DNA of 64,000 nt from IMG/VR virus record IMGVR_UViG_3300009788_000007, positions 16,601 to 80,600 of that record. One strand, given 5' to 3'. Under the pieces are notes generated by a model, which saw only the letters and a program-made list of their open reading frames with translations, did not search any database and had not been told where the DNA came from. The number at the start of each line of letters is the position of its first letter. Positions within the stretch are counted from its first letter, which is position 1. This stretch comes from a virus. A program made the translations under genes and the position numbers. Below, one piece after another: positions 19,156 through 30,100 of the stretch.

Positions 19156-21882
19156 TTAGCAGTCACCAACAATACCTGGGCCTGTGAACTTAGCTACACG
19201 TAAAGTAATGTCTTCACTTGGGCAGCGGACAGCGGTAAATTCCATGTCAGCAATGATGTCTGAGTTCTGGCCACCTGCAACTTTTTGACCTGAAGAGTAT
19301 TTAACTTTTGGTAAGTCGTAAACATAAACGTTACCCCCAGCGTCTGTAGCCAAGAATGCAATACTACTTGTTTCAAAATCCAGGTACCTTTGAATGATTC
19401 CAATGTTATTGAAATAACTTTGAAGAGTTCCAGTGATTGTCACAACACCAGCACCAATACTATCTGCACCAAGCACCCCAATTAATGGCCGTGCTCTTAA
19501 GTTATTTTCTACAGCCAGAGATAATTGGGTGGCTGCAAATAAAACACCATTTTCTAGAATAGCGTTTGTGTCTTCGATACCAGTCATAACCGGATTAGTT
19601 GAAAGTTCAAGTGCATCAACAGTACCTAGTGACACTATGTTACTTTGCTCATTTTTACCAATAAAACTAAATGACCCAGTGGCCACTGCTCCTGCAGCTA
19701 TCTCTAAAGACATAGTACTAACCACCATACCCTGGTATAAGTTAAATGCGCCGGGTACATCAGTAAACTCTTTCTCAATACTAAAGAAACTTGTAGTCAC
19801 ACCATTTGTAACTTCACTAAGTTGTTCAAACGTTGTCGTGTCACTGTTACCACTTCCTGCAGTAGTTGTACCTAGTGTCGCAGCATCAAAAAAGTTACTA
19901 CCAGACACAAATACTGAAGTAGTTACAATACTGTTTCCTCCAACACCTGCGAGGTCAGCTGTAATGATAGAATCATCAGTAGCAAAAGCACCAGCACCTG
20001 TAGTTGGGTGCTCAGTAGTTGCTAAAGAATAATCAGTACCTGGAGTACCTGTTAGGTTAATGGCTGCAACTGTGTTATTTTGAGCATCAGCAGCTGAAGC
20101 ACCTACATCAATAGCACCATCAAAATTAAGTATTGATGCGTCACTAACATATTGATAGGTTTTTGCATCAATAGTTATTGTGTCACCATCTACACCTGCT
20201 GTAGTTGTGCCAAGTGTTACAGCATCAAAAACGTTAGTACCTGCTGTAAAAGTTTGTGTAGTGCTCACAGAATCACCTAAAGTTCCAGGTAGTTTTGAAG
20301 TTAAGATTGCATCATCAACGATGAATGATGCAATACTTGCCTGCCCGTTAACTGTCATTGCAGCAGCATAGCCTACACCAGGAGTACCCGTAAGATTAAC
20401 AGCGTTTTCAATGTTGACTTTGCATTGTGCAAGTGTGATTGCATTTTCAATATTACCGTCAACATTAGTTAAGGTATCTTTAAAAGTGTAAGTTTTACTA
20501 CCTATGGTCATTGTATCCCCGTCAGTTGGGATAGTGTCTAAGGTAAGTGTACCCTGGGATTCTGTAGATGCTGTAGGTTGTACAGGCATAGTTAAAGTAC
20601 CTTGCGCCTGTACTCCGGTATCCTGTTCATCAACTACATCAGTAAACCCGCGTAAAACAGCTTTACCTGGAGTTACAGAAATAAGTTTAAAAAACCCATT
20701 ATTTTCTACATTCACCCAGTCTTTAGTATTGATCCATTTACCGACCACTAAACCTGCAGTAACCAAACCGTTACTCTCATCATTCAATGAGTTATCTGAA
20801 TCCAGCATGAAATAAGTTGAACCACTAACTATTACCGCAGTGTCAAACGGATCAGAAAACAAACCGCCTTCAATAAACTCTTCATGTGATTCATAAGACA
20901 GTTCTGTATTAATATCGCCTTCAGCTTGGATGTTTGTTCTAATCAAATCTGAAAGCTGTCTGTCATCACGAAGTTCTGCAGAGGCAGTGGTGTCTGTACT
21001 TTGAATAAGGCTCTCACTAGTTAGCCTTATCTCTTTCATTTGTATATCAGTACCCAGGGTGACATTACCCAAAGTGACAGCATCAAAAAAGTTACCTGCA
21101 TCAAAAAATGTTTCACTTAAGGGTATCGCATTTCCTGCAGTACCAAGATTATTTTTATCAGTCAATGTGGCAACATTCGCTACAAAACTAGTAGTGCTTA
21201 CATCAGGGTTTATTGTAGTAGCTGTTGAATATTGCGTACCAGCTACCCCTGTAAGATTAATTGCAGCGGCTGTGTTGTTTTGTGTGTCAGTAACTGTGGC
21301 ACCTATTTTAATTTCACCATCAATCAAGTTATCTAACGTATTTTTAAATGTGTACACCTTAGCATTAATAGTCATAGTGTCTGCAGTAGTACCACCCAAT
21401 AATGTAGCAGTTGAGAACCCATCGCCACCAGCAGTAAGACTACTGACTGTAGCAATACTATTACCTGCTGTACCTGCAGTTTGAGCCCGTACTACAGCCT
21501 CATTTACAACCAATGCCCCAAAGGCATCTATATCTACAGTAGGGTGTGCAGTCATTGACAAAGCATAATCAGTACCGGGGATACCTCCTGCAAGGTCAAC
21601 AGCATTTTCTAAGTTTAATTGTGCTTGTGCAAGTGACCCACCAATAGCGACATTACCATCAAAATCAGTAAGCGCTGTTTGAAAAGTATAAACTTTACCA
21701 TCAATTGTTACAGTGTCGGCATCAGTTGGCATAGTTGCAATAAGTAATACGTTTTGTGCTTTGGCCTCGCCTATAGGGTTTACAGCAATTGTCAAAGCAC
21801 CTTGTGCTGCCTGCGCAGTAGGTGGATTAGCAAAACCATTTTCCTTTAGGTAAGACACTTTAATTCTATCTGCATCAGACAT
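19156..21882 (-). CDS. major tail tube protein with four inserted decoration domains
   Basis: Tube core SAELRDDRQ..EGDINTELS and FFSIEKEF..ITGTLQSYF..LPKVKY; four D.DT.TI..K.YTF domains; precedes chaperones and tape measure. Confidence 0.85.
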   Translation of the reverse strand: MSDADRIKVSYLKENGFANPPTAQAAQGALTIAVNPIGEAKAQNVLLIATMPTDADTVTIDGKVYTFQTALTDFDGNVAIGGSLAQAQLNLENAVDLAGGIPGTDYALSMTAHPTVDIDAFGALVVNEAVVRAQTAGTAGNSIATVSSLTAGGDGFSTATLLGGTTADTMTINAKVYTFKNTLDNLIDGEIKIGATVTDTQNNTAAAINLTGVAGTQYSTATTINPDVSTTSFVANVATLTDKNNLGTAGNAIPLSETFFDAGNFFDAVTLGNVTLGTDIQMKEIRLTSESLIQSTDTTASAELRDDRQLSDLIRTNIQAEGDINTELSYESHEEFIEGGLFSDPFDTAVIVSGSTYFMLDSDNSLNDESNGLVTAGLVVGKWINTKDWVNVENNGFFKLISVTPGKAVLRGFTDVVDEQDTGVQAQGTLTMPVQPTASTESQGTLTLDTIPTDGDTMTIGSKTYTFKDTLTNVDGNIENAITLAQCKVNIENAVNLTGTPGVGYAAAMTVNGQASIASFIVDDAILTSKLPGTLGDSVSTTQTFTAGTNVFDAVTLGTTTAGVDGDTITIDAKTYQYVSDASILNFDGAIDVGASAADAQNNTVAAINLTGTPGTDYSLATTEHPTTGAGAFATDDSIITADLAGVGGNSIVTTSVFVSGSNFFDAATLGTTTAGSGNSDTTTFEQLSEVTNGVTTSFFSIEKEFTDVPGAFNLYQGMVVSTMSLEIAAGAVATGSFSFIGKNEQSNIVSLGTVDALELSTNPVMTGIEDTNAILENGVLFAATQLSLAVENNLRARPLIGVLGADSIGAGVVTITGTLQSYFNNIGIIQRYLDFETSSIAFLATDAGGNVYVYDLPKVKYSSGQKVAGGQNSDIIADMEFTAVRCPSEDITLRVAKFTGPGIVGDC

Positions 21883-21895
21883 TTCTAAATCTCCT

Positions 21896-22330
21896 TTATA
21901 ATAAGTTGTCTTTAAAGAATGGGCAACTTATTTCAGTTTGCCATTCGGAACCTTTGCGCCCTAAGTTACGCACCACCGGGGTTTGAAATGTAACGCCCTG
22001 GAACGTTAACCCCCTAAAAGCGTTTACAATAGCATCAGCCACTTCCAAGTTTTCACCGTCTCCAGCTTGTATTGGGAAGTGAACCAACGCTATTGCAACA
22101 CCACGTACCCTGAAGCGTCTTTTGGCTGCACCAACATCTACCTGACGACTAGATTCCGGTGTAATCCTAAGACGCACCCAACCATTAACGCAATCGTCTG
22201 GCTGGGGATCAGGGGCATTGTCATACTGCACAAATATAGGTAAAGCATCTTCTATATCTGTACCGAATTTACAGCGGATAGTATTGAATATGTCTACATA
22301 CACAGTAGCCATTACAGTAACCCTACCCAT
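21896..22330 (-). CDS. tail terminator-like protein (copy 2)
   Basis: VQYDNAP..WVRL..RVRG..G.G...AD.I...FR..W...I.CPF; directly before the tail tube. Confidence 0.7.
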   Translation of the reverse strand: MGRVTVMATVYVDIFNTIRCKFGTDIEDALPIFVQYDNAPDPQPDDCVNGWVRLRITPESSRQVDVGAAKRRFRVRGVAIALVHFPIQAGDGENLEVADAIVNAFRGLTFQGVTFQTPVVRNLGRKGSEWQTEISCPFFKDNLL

Positions 22331-23331
22331 TCTTTAGTGCCTGCATTATCTGCAAGCAGCACAATCATTGTTTCATCTTGCAGCAAGTTACCTAACTCAC
22401 CGCCTAACCCTATACCTTGTTCCGGTACAATTCTTAAAAGGTTTGAGCCACTATTTTCTAAATAGAAATATGGGCCTCCAGGTTCAAGGTCATCAACCAG
22501 CGGTAGGATTATTTCAAGATTTGGAATAACACCAGATGTCATACGCAATACTCGACCCATGGCTACTGATATACGGAAGTCTGCGATGATGCTAAAGTCT
22601 TTGCCACCACCATAAAAAAATTCAGATTCAGTAAAACTTTCATTACGAATTTCGACAATAGGGATACTTGCACTGGCTGCTTTAAATGCATTCCACGTGA
22701 TACTTAATAGTTTGTCAGCTTCAGTACTAAATCTGCAGGGCACATCAAATTCACCACCCCAGGTTAGCTGTACTCCTGTAGCAGGGGCAATAGTGAATGT
22801 TACTTTTCCTGTAGTCGTGTCAACTGAGAATCCAGCTGTTTGCAGCGTACCATCAAAGGCTATCTTTACAGTACCACTTCTGGGTTTGGTGATATTGCGT
22901 ATTTTGGTATTCAGACCATCCTGGTATCGCTTGATAAGTTGGAATTCTGTTTGAGAAGAATCACCCACACCAAATACCACATCTTCAGCATCTGGGAGCG
23001 CTGCCCCATCCCCAAAGGTAATATGGTTACTTGTTGTGGCGTAATCACCCCAATCTTTGAATCTGAAGGACCCCAGGGCCCCCTCACGGGCTAAATAGAA
23101 CTCCATTACAGCACTAAGGTCATCTTGATCCCGCACCCCGTAACGGGCGTTATATTGCCTCAGGGCATCCGTCCAACGTGCGGTACGATGTTCAGCACCT
23201 GAATCTGTGGTCACAATGGCCGTATTGTACCCAGGGCCACCCCTTGAACCAAAGCTTATATTATCAGGGAATAGTGGCTCATCAAAGCCTGCCTGAACAT
23301 CTAAATTAAATAGTGTTGACACCTGGGCCAT
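22312..23331 (-). CDS. DUF2460 distal tail protein with extra C-terminal domain
   Basis: FP.NISFGSRGGPGY.T.I....SG.E.R..RW; FRFKDWGDY; GEFDVPCRF. Confidence 0.9.
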   Translation of the reverse strand: MAQVSTLFNLDVQAGFDEPLFPDNISFGSRGGPGYNTAIVTTDSGAEHRTARWTDALRQYNARYGVRDQDDLSAVMEFYLAREGALGSFRFKDWGDYATTSNHITFGDGAALPDAEDVVFGVGDSSQTEFQLIKRYQDGLNTKIRNITKPRSGTVKIAFDGTLQTAGFSVDTTTGKVTFTIAPATGVQLTWGGEFDVPCRFSTEADKLLSITWNAFKAASASIPIVEIRNESFTESEFFYGGGKDFSIIADFRISVAMGRVLRMTSGVIPNLEIILPLVDDLEPGGPYFYLENSGSNLLRIVPEQGIGLGGELGNLLQDETMIVLLADNAGTKEWVGLL

Positions 23332-24077
23332 TAGTTCCCATCCTCTGCAATAACTTTGATGTTCAAACTTCCTATGTCATCTGTGGCGGGTACCCCGCTA
23401 AATGTCCTGGTTGATGAATCGAACATAAGCCAGTTTGGTAGCGGGTCGCCATTCTCAAGTTCGGCTGTATAGGTCAGCGTGTCCCCATCGATATCTTCAA
23501 AAGCATCACTAGGAAATTGGAAATTAAAGGCTGTGTCAGCTGTAGCTATCTGGTCTGATATCCCTTGGTCTACAGTAGGGCCATCATTCACATTTATTAT
23601 TTCAAGTTGGAATGTGTCAGAAACAGTGCTACCTACATCATCTTCAGCAATAACTTTGATATCTAAAAAACCCACATCATCATTAGTAGGGGTACCTACA
23701 AATCTACGGGTGGCCCCTGTGAAAGTTATCCAGGCTGGAAGAGGTGAATCATCACCTTTTGTTGCAGTGTATGTTAACGGCTGCATTTCAGGATCTTCAA
23801 AAGTGTCTTCAGCAAAAATAAAATCCCATATTTCATCTTCTAAATTTTGTTGATCAGGGATAGGGTTAGCCACTATAGGCGGTTCATTTATTGTAAAATT
23901 TACGCCTTGTTGAAAACTGGCAAATTTCCTAGTTCTAAATGAGTAGTTTTCGTCTAATGCCCATACAGCCGGATTAGAGCTTGAGAATTTACGTGTACGT
24001 TTAGAATAGTTCTCATCTAAAGCCCACACTGCAGGGTTAGAACTTGAAAATTTCCTAGTGAACAAAAAGTTAGCCAT
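23331..24077 (-). CDS. structural protein with two cadherin/He_PIG Ig-like domains and an N-terminal peptide repeat
   Basis: Two F.D.D...LTYTA....G.PLP.W..F...TR.F.G.P...D.G.L.IKVIAED repeats. Confidence 0.8.
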   Translation of the reverse strand: MANFLFTRKFSSSNPAVWALDENYSKRTRKFSSSNPAVWALDENYSFRTRKFASFQQGVNFTINEPPIVANPIPDQQNLEDEIWDFIFAEDTFEDPEMQPLTYTATKGDDSPLPAWITFTGATRRFVGTPTNDDVGFLDIKVIAEDDVGSTVSDTFQLEIINVNDGPTVDQGISDQIATADTAFNFQFPSDAFEDIDGDTLTYTAELENGDPLPNWLMFDSSTRTFSGVPATDDIGSLNIKVIAEDGN

Positions 24078-24078
24078 T

Positions 24079-26136
24079 TTATGTAGGTCCTACTGGTGAG
24101 CTTTTGAATGTACCACTGCTAAATTTAACATCATGGTAATTGTCATTCATTGGTGATTTATTATTAAAATCAGTACGTACCCATCTATCGATCCCTTCAG
24201 CATCCACACCTCCAGTGCCTTCGACACCAGAATCACTAGGGTCTCCAGTGCCTAGGTCATTCCAAATACCGCTAACAGCTGGGTCAGATACTCCATCGTA
24301 ATCAGTTGAAAATTCGTAAACACGTGCTGCATCGTAAAAATTTTCTAATACTGTATCATCAGCTTCATGGCTTGCGGCACTACCTGTATCAACAGGCCTA
24401 AACCCAGACCATCTATAAAAGAAATTAGCAATATCAGTACCTGTACCTGCAAGAATAACGAAGTTAGTTATAGCGCCTGAAACGGCAATACTCATTTTCT
24501 GAGTACCGGAATTATATGTGGGTGTGTACGTACCTGTGGCACTTGGTGCGGCTTCCATCTGTGTCTTAATTTCAGCAAGTACGGTTACAGTATTATAGAC
24601 ACCTACAGTTAGTGTAGCTGTACGTTCTGCACCACCATCTTCAGTAAAATTAATTTTGTTATCAGAAGTCGTGATATTTAAAGGCCATGCATCAAGAATA
24701 ACTAAGTCAGTATCCATATCAATATTTGAAGCCTGTAAAAATCTAGGCTGTACTGTACCTACACCATCAGGATCATCAGTAACTTTTGCGGCTAAGTAGA
24801 CTGGGCTAAAAGTAATAACATTTTTCGGTGACGCAACTTCTGCAATAGGAGGCAACATACCTAAAGCATTTTGGCATGGCCCTACCCCACGCTGTGAGAA
24901 TAAAGCATTACCATTTGCTGATGTTGCTGTACTGGGATCAACACTATCACCCCACAAGAAATTTAAACAATCGTAATCTTGATAGTCGTTACTACTTAAT
25001 GCATCAGTATGAAAAGAAAGTACTTCAGGAATACTACCTTTATCAAGTATTAGAGATGAGTTATTTAATGATGGGTCAGCATCAGAAACTATATCAGGGT
25101 CGCCTTCACTACTAAGTAAATCATAATTTGCACTAGGGCTAAATGAGCTTTCTACGGGCAGTGCAGAGTTCCATTTTGCAAAATCAGCACTATTTCTTAA
25201 CCAGTACCTATTATTATCACGCACCAAAACATTACTAATATCTGAAGACCCAACATTATTGTCATGGCATAATAGCCCTACTCCATCTAAATTAAAAATA
25301 CAATTCAAAGTTTCTGTTCTTGTGTTTATAGCTCCAGCCCAGTTATGTACTAAAATATTTTTTGTAGTATTGTGATAATAACAATTAACATGGAAGTAAG
25401 TGTCATTGTCAGCTGCAAATATATTATCAAATGGGTGTATTGAACAATCAAAAAATTGTGAGTGTGAATAACTTATCTCAGCAGCGCTTGTTGCTATTGG
25501 GTGTGAAGTTGTACCAACATGTGTATTACCTGCTTTAGTCGATGTACCACTATGACTACATCCGTAATATCTAATTCTGACACTATCTAGTATTGCCTGT
25601 GTTAGAGTAACTCTGATAGCAACATCTGCAAGATTAGCTGAATTATTTACAAATCTAATATCTTTCCATTCCATCAGCTTAGGGCCATGCAAATTTGAGG
25701 TTATAGTTCTTTGGAAATTACTAAACTCTGGTTTATGGGCTTGGCTTGCCCATCTTCCAGACTGGTCCCCGTAGAGTTGGTCACCCCATTCTTTTAGCCA
25801 TCCACGAAATGTAAATATAAATTGATCCGTAGAAGGGTATGTAGTATCAGAGTTATGGGTAATGGTCCCATAAGCACTTGCTTCATCATCATCAGTTAAA
25901 AATCTAAGTTCCCAGTCCTGAGTTACAAGCTCTTGACCTTCAAAAGCCCGTATCTCTTCCCAAGCTTGTTCAGGCGTAGCATAAGGAGCCCCTGCAACAT
26001 CACCACTGCGGCCATCTCCTGTTGTGTCATTACCAAGTTTCCAAGCCACACCGCCTTTAGTTTCAGGTACTCCTGTACCTGGGTCGTAACAGTAAACTAC
26101 TTTTAGGGCTGCTTGTCCGGCATTTAATGCACTCAT
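24079..26136 (-). CDS. large virion structural protein (possible beta-helix/spike)
   Basis: 685 aa, Asn/Ser/Asp-rich, RBS AGGAG, inside the morphogenesis operon. Confidence 0.55.
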   Translation of the reverse strand: MSALNAGQAALKVVYCYDPGTGVPETKGGVAWKLGNDTTGDGRSGDVAGAPYATPEQAWEEIRAFEGQELVTQDWELRFLTDDDEASAYGTITHNSDTTYPSTDQFIFTFRGWLKEWGDQLYGDQSGRWASQAHKPEFSNFQRTITSNLHGPKLMEWKDIRFVNNSANLADVAIRVTLTQAILDSVRIRYYGCSHSGTSTKAGNTHVGTTSHPIATSAAEISYSHSQFFDCSIHPFDNIFAADNDTYFHVNCYYHNTTKNILVHNWAGAINTRTETLNCIFNLDGVGLLCHDNNVGSSDISNVLVRDNNRYWLRNSADFAKWNSALPVESSFSPSANYDLLSSEGDPDIVSDADPSLNNSSLILDKGSIPEVLSFHTDALSSNDYQDYDCLNFLWGDSVDPSTATSANGNALFSQRGVGPCQNALGMLPPIAEVASPKNVITFSPVYLAAKVTDDPDGVGTVQPRFLQASNIDMDTDLVILDAWPLNITTSDNKINFTEDGGAERTATLTVGVYNTVTVLAEIKTQMEAAPSATGTYTPTYNSGTQKMSIAVSGAITNFVILAGTGTDIANFFYRWSGFRPVDTGSAASHEADDTVLENFYDAARVYEFSTDYDGVSDPAVSGIWNDLGTGDPSDSGVEGTGGVDAEGIDRWVRTDFNNKSPMNDNYHDVKFSSGTFKSSPVGPT

Positions 26137-26145
26137 GAAATTCTC

Positions 26146-26622
26146 CTAACCTACTTGGTCTGCCTGAAACGGGCAATTAATTAAAATCATCCATTCAGAA
26201 TCAAATCTTTTCCTATCACCTGTAAAGGGTGTTCTAAATCTAATACCTGAAACATTTATTGCTCTAAAATTATCCATGATGATATCGCTTATTTCATTCA
26301 TGCCACCATCACCTATTTCTATGGGTGCAAACAATTGAAAACGTGTGATACCTGCAGTACGATAAGTACGTTTACTGCCAAACATCACTTGCTTAGATTC
26401 AAGCGTTTTTATTTCAGCCCTTATCCAATGTGTTTTCTTTGGTTTTATAAATGGTGCGTTGTCGTATTGAATTAAACAAGGCACTGCACCAAAATCAATA
26501 TTTCCTATTTTCTTTCTGATAAGGTTATGGATTGCAGACATAGTTGGCACAACAACGACCAACGAATCCGATAAACCCCCAGGTGGGCAAATATAGCCAT
26601 TTGTTAAAAGACCTGTACCCAT
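26146..26622 (-). CDS. tail terminator-like protein (copy 1) with N-terminal extension
   Basis: IQYDNAP..WIR..G.G..ISD.I..NFR..W..LINCPF; paralog of 21896-22330. Confidence 0.65.
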   Translation of the reverse strand: MGTGLLTNGYICPPGGLSDSLVVVVPTMSAIHNLIRKKIGNIDFGAVPCLIQYDNAPFIKPKKTHWIRAEIKTLESKQVMFGSKRTYRTAGITRFQLFAPIEIGDGGMNEISDIIMDNFRAINVSGIRFRTPFTGDRKRFDSEWMILINCPFQADQVG

Positions 26623-27176
26623 TAGCCACCTACTCTTGTTTGAGTAAAGCTAACTAACCTGCCCTGTGTGTCGTATGTTGCCAAAACATCGTATGTGTCC
26701 TGCAAACCTAAAGCCGTATTCGCTGCAGCGTTTGCCGCAGTATCATAAACTTTTGCGGTACTGACTGTAGGCTGACTGCTTACAGGGTCATAGGCTGTCG
26801 ATTCAATTACAATATTTTCATGCGATAACCCAAGTATGCGCGATACCTTTTCTTCAAGGCTATTAAAGAACGGGTCAACATATGCAAATAAAACTTCAGG
26901 CTGTATCGTTGCAGTTAACGCTTCATTTCTCGGTTCAATAACATAATTATTTGTATCTAAACCTAATGATGTATTAAAATCAAATTTCCAAAATGTCCTA
27001 TCAACAGTAGTTTCTACTAAAAGCATAGCCACAGACACACGGGTACCTACAAAAACTAACCCATCAAAATACTCATCATTTAATTTTTCTCGTATAAATA
27101 CTACACCCGATGCGCCCAATTCCATAACAGCCTCGATAGGTATAATTTCACCAGTCCTAAATTTTTCACTGCTCAT
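26622..27176 (-). CDS. hypothetical structural protein
   Basis: Coupled ORF in the structural operon. Confidence 0.55.
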   Translation of the reverse strand: MSSEKFRTGEIIPIEAVMELGASGVVFIREKLNDEYFDGLVFVGTRVSVAMLLVETTVDRTFWKFDFNTSLGLDTNNYVIEPRNEALTATIQPEVLFAYVDPFFNSLEEKVSRILGLSHENIVIESTAYDPVSSQPTVSTAKVYDTAANAAANTALGLQDTYDVLATYDTQGRLVSFTQTRVGG

Positions 27177-30100
27177 TTATGTAATCCTCTTAATCGTCAA
27201 GCCTGATGTGCCTGTACCGCTTGTAGTTGTCATTGTTACATTAGCAGGGTCAGTAAGCCCAGGCTCCCTACGTGCGCCCAATGTTAAAATATCATTAATA
27301 TTTACTGATAAAATATCAGATATTGACGAGGTGCCCTGATTTGCTGCAGAAGAATTCCTAACGTAAGCCGCCCCAACAGGACCTAAGGAAGCGTTATTTA
27401 TCTGAAATCTTGTTTGTATAATATTTCTGTTCACACCTACACCGATTAAATCACTGGTACTACTAACTTCTACATCGCCCGTAAAATCGAATTGTATTTG
27501 AGTATCATTTAACCTTGTAAAAAGACCGTTTATAGTTGTTGTTGAAATACCAAACACTGGAACATCTGTGTCAAAATCGGCTGAAGCTACATTTAGGTTT
27601 GTCGTTACGTCTATATTTATAGCTCTTACAAATTGTTTTGGTATATCTATTGCTTCAGTTAACCCCACAACATCGTTTATAGTTATAAGACTTAGAGCGT
27701 CAACAAATGATCTTCTTGAGGACCCGAAAAATAATGTGAAATTCTTTACTCCGCCAGCCGTACCTATTTTTTCACAAAGTACATGGTATCTAACACGATT
27801 ACCCACTGCAAAAATAAAATCTTGTGATAGAAAGCCAACTAACCTTATAAAGAATTGGTCGTTAGCATCCATGTTCAATTCAGCACTAAGCATTGTAAAA
27901 ACTGGACGTACTCCTAAGTCGCCAACGGGTTCAGAGAGTATACCCGAATCAATAACTACTCCTTGGTCATCAGAATCATAAACTTCTATATGCAATCTCT
28001 CTTGAGCATTGCTATTATTAACAGTTATTTCTAGTTGACTTGTATGTTCACCCTGAGAAGCGCTCAGTGAGTTAGCCAGAACTTCTGTAAGGTGGTCTTG
28101 ATCTGATCCAATTGTAGAATTATCATTAACAGGAACTACAACAGTAGCGCTAGTTATAGTTCCTTGGTCACTTCTCTTTGCTAAAAATACAGTCTCAGGT
28201 GTTGTAGTTATTTCCTCATCAGCAGTTAACCAAACTCTATCAACACCAACAGGCACAAGAGTATCACCTACTTGATTACTAGATACTGTGTTAACAAAAA
28301 TTATTCCTTCAGTTGCACTTACTTTAGAAACTTTCCCAACAACAAAAGCATTAATAGTTGGTTTAATGTTTGTTAAGTCTCCTGTAGTTACTGGATCAAC
28401 ATACAGAACGTCATTAATACTCCATAGGGAAGTGTTTGTATCTTTAACTTCACCATAAGTAGTAATTTTACCCTTTGCATTATTTAATAAACTAGTAGTG
28501 TTTATTCCCCATAACCCACCCTCAATAATCGTTGGGTCTGAAGCAAGCGCCTTAACAACATCATGAAAATCTTCATCGCCTATTTTTGCCCCCGTAGCTC
28601 TAAATACTTTTGGGTTCAATGCTGTTACTGCAACATCATTATTAAAAGCTAGAAAAAAAGTTTCTCGACCTAAGTTTTGAGTTTGGCCATCTTGTGTTTG
28701 AGGTAAACAAAAAGCATCTGTAAGTGCATCATATTGTAGCGTAATATTTTGCCAAGCATTACCCCCTAGTATAGGGACTATAGATTCAAATTTATTTTTG
28801 GTGTCACTAGCAAACCATATTTGGTTCGGGAAAGAAGAAGGATCTGATGCAAGAATATTAGCTTCTGTATCTACACCATCATATAGAGGTTCCGCAACAG
28901 TTCTTGTAAAAAATATAATAACTCCACAAACTCTATTATTTCCTAAATCAACTCCCGAATTTTCAATTACTATTGGAATTTTAAAATAAGTTGTGGCATC
29001 GGTAGGGTCACCCGTAACCCTGGCTAAATGAAAATTATCTGATTCAGCTGATTCTTGAATGTACAAACGATCATTATTTTTAAGTTGAGCAATTATGTTT
29101 GAAGCATCAACACCACTTTCAGCAATATTACTTATAAACATAAATGTTGATGCTGACTGTGTTGCATTATTTAGTCTAAAGTTTTTATTTCCGGGGTCGG
29201 CGTCCGTTATCGTTGTGCTAAAACGCCACGTTGTGCCGAGCGTTGCCCCACCTGCATTTGAAAGTTCATCAAGGGCACCTTTTACAAAAACAGCGTCTAG
29301 ACCAGAATCAGTATTATCGTAGGGAACATTAGCGGCTATTTGGTCACCCGTGTTTACACCAGATTGATTATCAAGATTTATAACCTGTGCGTCTGTTAAG
29401 TGATTTCTTTCCCCAGTTGTGCCGCCTTGAATATTACTTAAATTATTATGGTCATTGATTGAAGAGGTCATTTTAAACCACCGACCAACCCCCACCGTTG
29501 GCTGAACAATTCTATCTATGTCTTCTGTGTCTGTTGCGTCCCGGTCTAGTCTATACAGACCGTTATCCTCAACATTAATTAATGTCTTATCTGGGAAATC
29601 TACTGCAACAGTAGTATCGATTGCTTTTAAAGCCGTAATATCTTGAACAGGTGGAAGAAGTCTTGAACCTATATCTGCAGCAATATTATCTAATTCAGTT
29701 TGTATTTTTGTACCCGAGTACAGTGTAGTTAAAGAAGCGGTTACATCATCTATCTCACGGTGAGGGTCAAGGTCAGCAATATGCGAATCAATTTGTGCGT
29801 GTGAGTTTGTACCAATGTCTTGAATATTTAAATGGCTGATTGAACCTTCAGTAAAATGAATTGTTGGATCAGACATATGGCCATCAATCTGACTATGAGA
29901 ATTAGTACCGATATTTTGGATGTTTGTATGATCAATACTTGCTTCAGTAAAATGCTCTGAGGTATTATCTAAATGTGCTCGTAAATCAGCAGCGGTCACT
30001 TCGTTAGGTTGCCCATTATCTAAACTAGTATCAGTATTTTGTGTGTGTGTCGAACCTTCCAGGCTGTCAATACGTCCATCATTTTCATCTATGCCATCTT

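Noticed and set aside
10595-23331. Gene transfer agent
   Set aside because: The GTA-like tail genes sit in a genome with its own polymerase, primase-helicase and many accessory ORFs.
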